The notes beneath the pieces are model-generated. The model ran no database searches. It saw only the letters and a program-made list of their open reading frames with translations, and was not told where the DNA came from. Positions 46,436 through 55,492 of a stretch of DNA of 64,000 bases are shown here, one piece after another. A program made the position numbers and the translations under genes. This stretch comes from Akkermansia muciniphila (lineage in GTDB: Bacteria > Verrucomicrobiota > Verrucomicrobiia > Verrucomicrobiales > V1-33), in assembly GCA_945861415.1 (NCBI GenBank), contig CAMAUV010000012.1, positions 7,609 through 71,608 on the forward strand. The letters run 5' to 3'. Position 1 is the stretch's first letter. The number at the start of each line of letters is the position of its first letter.

Positions 46436-47344
46436 ATGAATACTTTTCTACTAATATGGAACAAGGATAAATCCCGCTGGATCTCCTTCGATGTGGATCA
46501 CGCTAAGGCATTACAAGAGGGTCATCTCGACCCGGAGCGCAGTTGCGATAGCGGGGGCCTAATTTTGAAGAGCAGCCGTGTGTTTCTGGAAAAGCAGGGA
46601 AAAGAACACAAGGGGATTATTGCCTCAGGTATCGTGCTCTCCTAGCGCCCGACAACCAAAGCGAACTGGAAGGGAGCCAGCAAGGCGGCCCACTACGTGA
46701 AGGTCTGGTTTCATACTCTCCTTCTCCCGGAGATCGATTTTTCAATGGTTTGTAAGCAATTGATAGTAATAGAGTTGCGTAATTTATAGAGGGCCGGTCA
46801 AGCAGTTGGAAACAGGTTCGCATTACGGCCGAGGGGTTCTCTAGGCTTGGGACGGCGTTGTGGATTTTACAATGACTCTCTAAATGCATGGGACGGCATT
46901 CGTGAAATTCCGAACCAAGTTCCGTGCGCCGGGGAGAGGGGGAGGGAGAAAGATTTGGATATTACAGCCGACGGGACAATCTTCGGGCACAGCCTCGACT
47001 TACTACTTTTATGATCCCTATTTTCCAAAATCCGTTTCTGAGTGTTGAAATCAGTGCAAATAAAATGGTGACCGGGGCGACGGACACACCGCAGAAGTTG
47101 ATCGGGAATAACCCTGGGGGCGACTTTCAATACGCTCATCACGGGGCTGACTTTGGCGCTGACTACGGTGGGGACAAATGACATTGCGAAGCTGAGTCTG
47201 CGGAAGGCGGCAAAGCAGGTGAAGTATCCGCTTCGCGAGGTGTTGCCTAAGCACCCTGGTAAGGTGCACGGGAAGGTGGCGGCTTACCAAGGCACCGGTG
47301 CTGAGGCCTTGTCTGCGGGCACACCACCTATTCTAAACGGATAG
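46436..47344 (+). pseudogene. decayed HNH-endonuclease-like gene in a low-GC islet
   Basis: ORF 46436..46645 (MNTFLLIWNKDKSRW...KGIIASGIVLS) ends at an in-frame TAG (46643-46645). The same frame stays open to 46789 (RPTTKANWKGASKAAHYVKVWFHTLLLPEIDF). Together these resemble the N-terminal domain seen in one class of HNH endonucleases. Downstream, two different frames carry '...GGDFQYAHHG...' and '...VGTNDIAKLSL...', the split halves of an HNH-type motif. Several lines here count 37-45% GC. Confidence 0.5.
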
Positions 47345-47441
47345 GCGCCCGCATGTGCCCGCTTCGCAACTTTCTCGGTTACTTGGGCATGGGTGCCCTA
47401 TACGGGCCATCTCTCAAAGCTCGACCAAGACTCTTTGCCGG

Positions 47442-48269
47442 TCAGCGCCGGGATGGTGCTACCCTCCGGTCCAGTGCTGAGTTAGGCAACACGCACTGCG
47501 GACACCAGCAGGCGGTGCGTCCGCGGAATTCCCCGCGCTCCAGCGCGGCATGGCAGCGCGGGCAGTGGCCGCCCGCTTTCCATCGGTGAAGGAAGAGCCA
47601 TGAGCGCGGGGGATCGCTCCAGTCGCGTCCGATGGTTTTCACGGCGGTCCGCGTGATCGTTTGCACAGCAGCACGCAGGGCAGCGGCATCGCAGGCACCA
47701 GACGGCGTGGACGGATGCAGGCGCAACTGCCACAGCACTTCATCCGCCATCCAGTTGCCGATGCCGGGAAAGAACGCCTGGTCGAGGAGAAGCGGCTTCA
47801 GTGGGGTGCGGGCGCGTCTGGTGAGGATGTGCTGCACATGGCGCAGCGTGAAAGCACGGCTCAGCACTTCCGGTGGCAGCGCGCGCCACCATGCGGGCGC
47901 CTCGTCACCCTTTTCATAACGCCAGTGGCCGAACATCCTCGGGTCCCGATACACCAGCGCGGCGGCGGCAGTGTAGAGAACAAGGTGATCGTGCTTCTCC
48001 GGCGTGTGCGCGGGATCCGCCGCGAGCATTTCTCCGGTCATGCCGAGATGACCGCCCAGCCAGTGACCGCCGCTGAACGCGAAGAGCATATTCTTGCCGT
48101 GTGCAAAGGGGCGCTGGTAGGTCTTGCCCGTGAGTCCTGCGGCCAGTTGGCCGACGTGACCGCCCCGGAATACCCTGGCGCTCGGATGCACAAGCACGCG
48201 CACGATGCGCTGGCCCATGCCTGCGTCCCACTGGCGCGTGTAGAAGAGGACTTCGGCGAGTTCCGGCAT
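47442..48269 (-). CDS. Fpg/Nei-family DNA glycosylase (formamidopyrimidine-DNA glycosylase-like)
   Basis: N-terminal 'MPELAEV' (family PELPEV), the H2TH region, and a C-terminal zinc finger 'CPRCHAALERGEFRGRTACWCPQC'. 275 aa. Confidence 0.85.
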   Translation of the reverse strand: MPELAEVLFYTRQWDAGMGQRIVRVLVHPSARVFRGGHVGQLAAGLTGKTYQRPFAHGKNMLFAFSGGHWLGGHLGMTGEMLAADPAHTPEKHDHLVLYTAAAALVYRDPRMFGHWRYEKGDEAPAWWRALPPEVLSRAFTLRHVQHILTRRARTPLKPLLLDQAFFPGIGNWMADEVLWQLRLHPSTPSGACDAAALRAAVQTITRTAVKTIGRDWSDPPRSWLFLHRWKAGGHCPRCHAALERGEFRGRTACWCPQCVLPNSALDRRVAPSRR

Positions 48270-48276
48270 GGCGCAA

Positions 48277-48645
48277 TTACTCCATTATTGCCGAGGTTTT
48301 TTTCTTCACCTTCGATTTTTTCGCTGCGGGCGTTTCCGCTTTGGGGGCGCCGTGCAAATCCCAGCCCTTGGTGATAGTCTCGGCGATCCGTTTCTCCGCC
48401 TGCGCCTCCACTTCCACCACAAACCGCGGACGCACAAAACACGCAGGGCTTCCGTCGCTGTAACACATAGCCAGCGAAGCCTCCAGCCGCGGCGGCGAGA
48501 GTTGCTCCAACCAGTCGATGCGATCTTGGTCACTCAAGCCGGACCCCGGCCGCGCCACTACCGGCAGCACACGGCCTCTAACAGCGATATGAAGACCGCG
48601 GCGGTAGTCACCACTTTTCTGAGTGAGGCGGGAGAGATCGATCAT
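48277..48645 (-). CDS. hypothetical protein with Lys-rich tail
   Basis: ORF ending 8 nt upstream of the glycosylase start codon on the same strand. Start taken at the ATG at 48645 (MIDLSRLTQ). No family recognised. Confidence 0.45.
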   Translation of the reverse strand: MIDLSRLTQKSGDYRRGLHIAVRGRVLPVVARPGSGLSDQDRIDWLEQLSPPRLEASLAMCYSDGSPACFVRPRFVVEVEAQAEKRIAETITKGWDLHGAPKAETPAAKKSKVKKKTSAIME

Positions 48646-48917
48646 GTGATTCCGCTCATGGAGGCCAACCACTGCGCAAAATCAACAGTGGCTGAGGGCA
48701 CCGCTTTTCAACGCCATTCCGACAGCGCTTGCTAATAACGCAGGCCTCCAGCCTGCCCCACCGGATCGCAGAACCATGCGGGGTTAGAAGTTAGCGCGGC
48801 GCAGCCGGGGTCAACTTCCAACACAGCGGGCTGCACGGGATGCTGTTCGCGGCAGAATTGAACAGCGGGGCTTGCGGGAGAGTCTATTGGCCCTCAGATT
48901 ACCTCGTCTTCTCCTGC

Positions 48918-49922
48918 ATGGCCCGCTTTTTTCGTTTCCTTCTCACCACCGGTCTCATATGGTCCTCGCTGGGGCTGCATCTGGTGATCTGCGCCTGCTA
49001 TCTGAGGCGCTGGGACAAGGCGGCGGCAATCACCGTGTTTCCTTTCTGGATATGGGCACTTGCTGGACTTTTTATAGCCGGGCTGGCATGGATCACTACG
49101 CGGAAAAAGCTGGCGGCACTGCTCACTGGACTGTGGCTGGTGACGCTGGTGGGGGGCTCGGACGAGACGCGCCCGCTGCTGAGGTTTGCCAAAGAAAAGC
49201 CGCTGCCCGGAAAACCGGCACCGGATGCCGCCGGCATCGTGCCCCTGCGAGTCATCACTCTAAACTGCCGCCAAGGCGCGTGGAATCCGCAGGTTCTAGA
49301 TGAACTAGTGGCATGGAATCCGGACGTCGTCTTCCTCCAAGAGACGCCCTTCCCTGCGGATCTGCAAAAGGCGGTGGTGAGGGTCTTCCCCGGCATTCCC
49401 GGCTACTTCGAGCCCGGAGAAAACTGTGCAATTTTGGCGCGTACTAAAATTCTCAATGTGCTGCGCGGCTACCAGCCCTACTCCATGTTGGGCGTGGTGG
49501 AGCTGCGTCCCGGAAAACGCGTCGAACTAGCCTGCGTGCACCTCCAGGGAGCGGAGACTACCATGAGACTGTGGAGCCGCGACGCATGGCGCAGTCATTA
49601 CTACAACCGGCAGTCACGCCGCACGGAACTCAGCCTGCTCATGGGCGTGCAGCAGTTGTTCTCCGGGGACTATCCGGTAATCGTGGGCGGAGACTTTAAC
49701 GCACCGGCGGGCGACGGCTTATTTGACCTGCTGAAGCTGAAGGGATTCACGGATGCCTTCGCCGTGGCGGGCTGTGGCTGGCCCTGCACCTATCCCAATG
49801 CCGCGCCGGTGCTGCGCATCGACCACATCTGGACGCGCGGGCTCACTCCTTTGCGCGCCATCACCGTGCATACGCAACGCTCGGATCACCGCATGATCGT
49901 GTGCGATTTTCTGCTGCCTTGA
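48918..49922 (+). CDS. membrane-anchored endonuclease/exonuclease/phosphatase (EEP) family protein
   Basis: Start at the ATG at 48918 (MARFFRFLL). Three or four hydrophobic helices are followed by EEP motifs 'VITLNC', 'VVFLQE', 'GGDFNAP', 'IDHIWTRG' and 'SDHRMIVCDF'. Confidence 0.8.
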   Translation: MARFFRFLLTTGLIWSSLGLHLVICACYLRRWDKAAAITVFPFWIWALAGLFIAGLAWITTRKKLAALLTGLWLVTLVGGSDETRPLLRFAKEKPLPGKPAPDAAGIVPLRVITLNCRQGAWNPQVLDELVAWNPDVVFLQETPFPADLQKAVVRVFPGIPGYFEPGENCAILARTKILNVLRGYQPYSMLGVVELRPGKRVELACVHLQGAETTMRLWSRDAWRSHYYNRQSRRTELSLLMGVQQLFSGDYPVIVGGDFNAPAGDGLFDLLKLKGFTDAFAVAGCGWPCTYPNAAPVLRIDHIWTRGLTPLRAITVHTQRSDHRMIVCDFLLP

Positions 49923-49986
49923 GGGAAGCTAGCGAATTCTCCGTTTCCAGCAGGGAGAACTCCAGTTATGCAGCGCGCCGCCCCCA

Positions 49987-51678
49987 ATGCTTTACTTCGC
50001 TGCCTCCAATACCCATGAGCGCTTTTTGCCGCTACTGGGGCTTACTCTTCTGCTCACGGTTGGCGCGGCCCTTGTGCTACGGCGCGTGCAGCTGCCGGCG
50101 CTGGCGGGCTTTTTCCTCTCCGGATTCGTCCTAGCGCGAACAGGGTTCATTGATCTTTCGGAGGGCTCGGCGAGTGCTAATCTGCTGGTGGCAATGGGCG
50201 ACGTGGGAGTGGTGCTGCTCATGTTCAGCATCGGGGCGGATTGTTCGCTGCATGAGCTGAAACAACTGCGGAAGCGCGGGCTGAGAGCGGGCCTGTGGCA
50301 GGTGGGGATTTCGGTGGCGGTGTTTGGCATGGCAGCATGGGGCTTCGGCCAGCCGGCCGGGAGCGCACTGCTGCTGGGCCTCATCGCCGCCATTTCCTCC
50401 ACAGCCGTAGGGGTGCGGCTGTTTGAAGACTGCGGCGCCCCGGGGCATCCGGCGGCCCGCACCGTGCTGGGCATTGCCCTCGTGCAGGATCTCATCGTCA
50501 TCCTCACGTTGCTCATGCTGCCGGGCCTCGCGGGAGGTGGCGATGCCGCGGGCGTGGCGGGGGCCGCAGGGCTGATTTCGCTCAAAGGCATGATTTTCCT
50601 TGCAGCTGCCGCTGTACTCAGCCGCTGGGGCATTCCCCAACTGTTGCGCACAGTGAGCCGCACCAGAGCACGCGATCTTTTCACGCTTACCGTGCTGGCC
50701 GTGTGCGCAGTAATCGCCGCCATGGGTCAATGGCTTGGGGTGGGCGTAAGCATCGGAGCCTTTGCTGCAGGCGTGGCTGTCAGCGGCTCGGTCTACAGCC
50801 ACCGCATTCAGGCGGACGTTGCGCCCTTCAAGGACTTCTTCCTCACCATCTTCTTCCTCTCGGTCGGAGCACTCGTTAGCCCCGCAGCGCTGGCAGAGCA
50901 CTGGCTGCTAATCCTTTCGCTCACACTGGTCATTCTTGCATTGAAAACAGCGCTCACCACCGCTGCCGTGCGTTTTGGCAAAGGCGCCCTCACCACCGGA
51001 TTGCTGGCCGGAGCCGCGCTCAGCGGCGTGGGGGAATTCGCCATCGTGCTCGCGCGGGAAGGTGTGAGCACCGGACTGCTCACCGCCGAAGTTCTGCAGA
51101 TCACCCTCGCCGTCACTGCATTGAGCCTCAGCCTCTCGCCGCTGGTTATGAAGCTCATTGTGCCGCCTGCGCTCCGCCGCGAGGCGGCTGCTCCCGTCGC
51201 TGCATTTCCCGGGCAAAAGAAAGCCGCCAGCTTCAGCCAGCGCGTTAAGGAAATGGAGGACCACGCCATTCTCTGCGGCTATGGCACAGTAGGTGAGATC
51301 ATCCACAAAGGCCTCACGCGCCTCGGCATTCCTGTCGTTATCATCGAACTCAACGCCGAGACTGTCGCCGCGCTGCTCAAGAAAGGGCATCCCGTGCTCT
51401 TCGCCGACATCGCGCAGGCCGACACGCTGGAACTCGCCGGCATCAGCCGAGCCCGTATGATCATCCTGTCCTTCCCCAGCGCCGAAGTTGCCCGTGCCAC
51501 CATCACCATCGCCAAAGAGCGCAACCCTGACATCCTCACCATCTGCCGCGCCCGCTGGCCCCACGAAGCTGCCACGCTCCGCGAACTCGCGCCCGACACT
51601 GTCGTGCATGATGAAATGGAATCCGGCCTCAAAATGCTGCGCCTCTGCGCACGGGTTTACGAGCCGGAGAATGTTTAA
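49987..51678 (+). CDS. CPA2-family cation:proton antiporter with C-terminal RCK/TrkA-N domain (Kef-like)
   Basis: About 390-aa polytopic exchanger domain followed by a Rossmann segment, 'HAILCGYGTVGEIIHKGLTRLGIPVVIIELN'. Confidence 0.85.
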   Translation: MLYFAASNTHERFLPLLGLTLLLTVGAALVLRRVQLPALAGFFLSGFVLARTGFIDLSEGSASANLLVAMGDVGVVLLMFSIGADCSLHELKQLRKRGLRAGLWQVGISVAVFGMAAWGFGQPAGSALLLGLIAAISSTAVGVRLFEDCGAPGHPAARTVLGIALVQDLIVILTLLMLPGLAGGGDAAGVAGAAGLISLKGMIFLAAAAVLSRWGIPQLLRTVSRTRARDLFTLTVLAVCAVIAAMGQWLGVGVSIGAFAAGVAVSGSVYSHRIQADVAPFKDFFLTIFFLSVGALVSPAALAEHWLLILSLTLVILALKTALTTAAVRFGKGALTTGLLAGAALSGVGEFAIVLAREGVSTGLLTAEVLQITLAVTALSLSLSPLVMKLIVPPALRREAAAPVAAFPGQKKAASFSQRVKEMEDHAILCGYGTVGEIIHKGLTRLGIPVVIIELNAETVAALLKKGHPVLFADIAQADTLELAGISRARMIILSFPSAEVARATITIAKERNPDILTICRARWPHEAATLRELAPDTVVHDEMESGLKMLRLCARVYEPENV

Positions 51679-52084
51679 GTATAGAGAGCCCGGGAGCCTT
51701 GGCCACGGAACAAAATCAAACACGGCGAAGCCCCATTCCCCGACAGGTCCGCCAGCCAGTCATCTGTGGGGACAATGGGACCACGACCAGGGCCGCTATG
51801 TCGAAGGCGGCAGTGAGGACTAGGATGGGTTTAGCAGTGTCCGTTTGATCTCTATCACGGTTACGCATACTGCACGGCGCAGCGCGGATCACCGCACGCC
51901 TTGCCAATGACTGTGCATATGTTGCGCAGGTGGCTATGTCGCTTGCAGCGCCAGACATCTGGTGGCGGTCGTTGAGGCTGATACGTGAAAAGTATCTCTA
52001 CCGGCACGGGTAGTGTTTGCGATTTGCGGAAATCTGACCGAAATCCTGCCACTTCTTTGCAACCATCAACCTACATCAAACAAA

Positions 52085-53134
52085 ATGGCTAAAATCTATA
52101 ACACCGGCATCATTGGCTACGGCTGGGCTGCTACAGCGCATATCCCCGCCCTCCACGCCACCGGCCAGTCGAAGGTCACCAGCATCCTGAGCAGCCGTCC
52201 GCTGAACGACGCGGAGCTAAGCGCCAAATACGGCACCTCGATCAAAAGCTTTACGGACGCCGCGGCATTCTTCGCCCAGCCGGATCTGGAAGTCGTGGAC
52301 ATTACCGGGTATCCGTGGGACCACACAACCTACGCCGTGCAGGCCGCGGAGGCCGGTAAGAATTTCATTCTGGAAAAGCCGATCGCCCTCACGTGGGACG
52401 AGTGCATGCAGATCGACCGGGCGGTGAAGAAATCCGGGGTGAAGACCTGCGTGTGCTTTGAAGTGCGTCACAGCGGGCAATTCATGACAGTGAAGAGTAT
52501 GATCGACAACGGGATGCTGGGCCGCGTGCATTACGGTGAAGTGGACTACTACCACGGCGTGGGCCCGTGGTACGGCCAGTACCGCTGGAATCAGAAGAAG
52601 TCCGGCGGCGGCAGCAGCCTGCTCAGTGCCGGGTGCCACGCCATGGATGCTCTGCTCATGTGTATGGATGGTGATGTGGAGGAAGTGACCGCGCTCAACC
52701 AGCAGAGTACGCATCCTTATTTCGCCTGTTACGAGTATCCCACGACCACTGTCAGCCTCGTAAAATTCAAGGACGGTCGCATCGGCAAGTGCGCCAGCGT
52801 TATCGACTGCTTTCAGCCTTACTACTTCCACACCCACCTCGTCGGCAGTGAAGGCAGCCTCCTAGATGGCAAATTCCACACGAACAAAATCGCCTCGCTA
52901 AACAAAGCGAAGTGGAGCGAACTGAGTATTCACCCCATCGACAGCGGTGACGTGGCCGACCACCCGTACCAGACTCAGTTTGAAGCATTTTTCAAATCTC
53001 TGGAGAAGGGCGAAGACATGCCGCTTACAAGCCTCAAGGACGCCTTGCGCAGCCATCAGGTGATCTTCGCCGCCGATAAATCCGCGGCCGCCGGAGGCTC
53101 CCCAGTGAAAGTGAGCGACGTGACATGGGCCTAA
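52085..53134 (+). CDS. Gfo/Idh/MocA family oxidoreductase
   Basis: Start at the ATG at 52085 (MAKIYNTGIIGYGWAATAHIPAL), a Rossmann N-terminus, and 'EKPIALT'. 349 aa. Confidence 0.85.
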   Translation: MAKIYNTGIIGYGWAATAHIPALHATGQSKVTSILSSRPLNDAELSAKYGTSIKSFTDAAAFFAQPDLEVVDITGYPWDHTTYAVQAAEAGKNFILEKPIALTWDECMQIDRAVKKSGVKTCVCFEVRHSGQFMTVKSMIDNGMLGRVHYGEVDYYHGVGPWYGQYRWNQKKSGGGSSLLSAGCHAMDALLMCMDGDVEEVTALNQQSTHPYFACYEYPTTTVSLVKFKDGRIGKCASVIDCFQPYYFHTHLVGSEGSLLDGKFHTNKIASLNKAKWSELSIHPIDSGDVADHPYQTQFEAFFKSLEKGEDMPLTSLKDALRSHQVIFAADKSAAAGGSPVKVSDVTWA

Positions 53135-53966
53135 GGCCATAAGATTCCAGCCGCCGGCGTTGCAGGGCAATTCTCACCCGGACGTCAGGAAGCGCCATTT
53201 TCTGCACCTCCGTGACCTCTACCGCGATGTCAGTGGTCCGTATGCGCTCAACGCGCTCCAGAAGGGCTATTCCCGTAGGTGAAGAAATCCGGGAGAACGG
53301 CGGGCATCGAAGTTGAGCAAACATTTCTCACCGTCCCCTTCTTTCCCGTGAGTGGGTTCACTACCCGAACTTGGAACGGATTGCACTTGTCGTCAGGCAA
53401 TGCGATACGCTATCATCTCCTACCGCTGCCAAAGTCGGCGCGATCACCGATCGCCCGTTTTTGGCGGCGTAAAACTGGGACCTATGCTACCAGTTACCAG
53501 CAAGCATCTGACGGCCGTTTGTCACTACTTCTGCAACACGAAGTCCAACAACGGTGAGAACGAGCAGATGCAGTGATTTGAACATACAGCACTTAAAGAG
53601 TGGCGATGAACTCCCGTCCAGTGGGAATTCGTGGATTGTCTGACCTATGCGGCATGCGTATGCTTGCCTCAGAAGGCAGGGGTGGTAGGAACGAACTACA
53701 ACACAATCCCTACCTTCCTTATGAAAGGACTTAATTCAGTACAGAGAATCAATAATCATAAGGGGTGTGAATAACACCAAGAACTCTGTTCCCCGGCCCT
53801 AGCTCTGGTGTTCCACAGCCTCCATGTATGGTTATAAATATGAGCCCGGCACCGGGGATAACTTTGGGGCACAGATATAAGGACCTTCTTCCATGTTAGG
53901 TGGCCGATTTTTCCCTGAGTTGTTCACAGCGGCATTTTGCCGTCAGCGGTGAGAAGACTACAGATT

Positions 53967-53990
53967 TTAATTGCAATCGAATTGCAATTA
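53967..53990. promoter_or_regulatory. double palindromic box TTAATTGCAATCGAATTGCAATTA (candidate operator)
   Basis: AATTGCAAT occurs twice, 11 nt apart (53969-53977 and 53980-53988). The second copy extends to the perfect 10-bp palindrome AATTGCAATT. The box ends 10 nt before the ATG at 54001. Confidence 0.35.
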
Positions 53991-54000
53991 CGTATAGTAG

Positions 54001-55242
54001 ATGGCTCTTATGAACTACCTCCCATCTTTTTCTGTCCTGTTGCTACTCGCTGTCTCTGATCACGCAGGTGCGGCGGTCACTTCGGCTGCGCCATCTGCTC
54101 CACCTGCCGTCAACTGGCAGACGGGCGAAGGTGTCAGCTTGGGAGGCGTGCTCTTCCCCCACGTCCATTTAAATAGCGCTTACGGGCGCACAAACTCGAG
54201 CCTAGGCCATGAGTTGGGCGCCGGTCACCACGATCCGGTGGAGGACGGATGGACGGTTCAGGGAGTTGAGCTCGGTTTCTCCGGGCGGTGGAATGACCAC
54301 TTTGAAACTTATGTAGTATGGCACGGGTTCTGGGAAAATGAAGATCCGAATGGCTTTGGTCACGAGCTGGAGGAATACTTTCTCAAGTTGAAGGACCTTA
54401 CGGGTGGTTTCGATATTCGCGCAGGCCGTTTTCTGAGTCGCTTTGGCCTGCACAACGCCACACACCTTCACGGTTGGGACTGGGCGGACAATTTCCTTGT
54501 GAATGGCCGGTTCCTTGGCGACGATGGCCAATACACCGAAGGTGCCGAAGTTACATGGAATCTGCCCGTGAAATGGAGCAGTGCCGTGAGCATGGCTGCA
54601 GGACGGGCAAAGGCGCCGGAGCACGAGGAAGAAGATGAACACGAGGAACACGAGGAGGCTCTGTTCGAAGGCGAAGGCGCTGCATTCGACGACATGCTCT
54701 ATACCATAAACTGGACGAACATTTGGGAGATGAATGATTTTCACAAATTGCGTGGCGGGTTGTCGTATGCATGGGGAGACAACACGTGGAACCGCATGGC
54801 CAGTGTGTTTGGCGCGCACGTTGAATACGTGTGGCAAAAAAACGGCCCCGACCCCGGCGGAAACTATCTCCGCTGGCGTACCGAGGTTATGCTGCGTGAT
54901 GTGAAAGCCATTGGTGAACATCACGAAGAGGAGGAAGAAGAAGAGGAAGTAATCACCGGCTCTTTCGATGAAGTTGGCATCTACAGCAGCGTGGTCTATG
55001 GATTTGATATCTCTCGCGGCACTCTCGAAGCCGGCCTGCGCGCTGATTGGGTCGAGGGCGTGAGTGCCGCCGGGTTGCCGGAGCGCACTAGATTCAGTCC
55101 TGCGGTGTCATGGTATCTCAACGACACCCGCAATGCATGGCTCCGTGTGCAGTATAACCGCGACCAAATTCAGGACAGCGGCTCCGAGGACTCCGTGTGG
55201 CTCGGCGCTGGCTTCAATTGGGGCGGAGCTGAGGTGCGCTAA
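54001..55242 (+). CDS. putative outer-membrane beta-barrel/porin-like protein with His/Glu-rich loops
   Basis: Signal peptide 'MALMNYLPSFSVLLLLAVSDHAGAA'. The body has an alternating aromatic/Gly-rich pattern, with 'PEHEEEDEHEEHEE' (nt 54616-54657) and 'EHHEEEEEEEE' (nt 54916-54948). No family firmly recognised. Confidence 0.55.
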   Translation: MALMNYLPSFSVLLLLAVSDHAGAAVTSAAPSAPPAVNWQTGEGVSLGGVLFPHVHLNSAYGRTNSSLGHELGAGHHDPVEDGWTVQGVELGFSGRWNDHFETYVVWHGFWENEDPNGFGHELEEYFLKLKDLTGGFDIRAGRFLSRFGLHNATHLHGWDWADNFLVNGRFLGDDGQYTEGAEVTWNLPVKWSSAVSMAAGRAKAPEHEEEDEHEEHEEALFEGEGAAFDDMLYTINWTNIWEMNDFHKLRGGLSYAWGDNTWNRMASVFGAHVEYVWQKNGPDPGGNYLRWRTEVMLRDVKAIGEHHEEEEEEEEVITGSFDEVGIYSSVVYGFDISRGTLEAGLRADWVEGVSAAGLPERTRFSPAVSWYLNDTRNAWLRVQYNRDQIQDSGSEDSVWLGAGFNWGGAEVR

Positions 55243-55492
55243 TCGACTTGGCTGCCACTACGGCGTGGCAAGAGTGTGCAGAGTTCACTTCGGCCGTATG
55301 GAAATTCTGCGGGCCCGGCACGGAGTTGACGCTATTCTCTTCCCTCATGTATCCACGCCCGCTCTACACCATTATGATTTCCGGAATCCTGCTCCTGCTT
55401 TGCCAGAACAGGGCGCGGTGAGATGGAGAGCCTCCGCAGCTCCGGGGGCAAATGACGTTGTCTCTCGGCAGGGCACCCGGCAATGAGGCCGC

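Noticed and set aside
46643-46645. In-frame TAG with an open frame on both sides, and a second similar case near 53490, as possible stop-codon recoding.
   Set aside because: Both lie in AT-rich, otherwise degraded regions with additional frameshifts, and all well-supported genes use TAG/TAA/TGA normally. Pseudogenisation is the simpler explanation.
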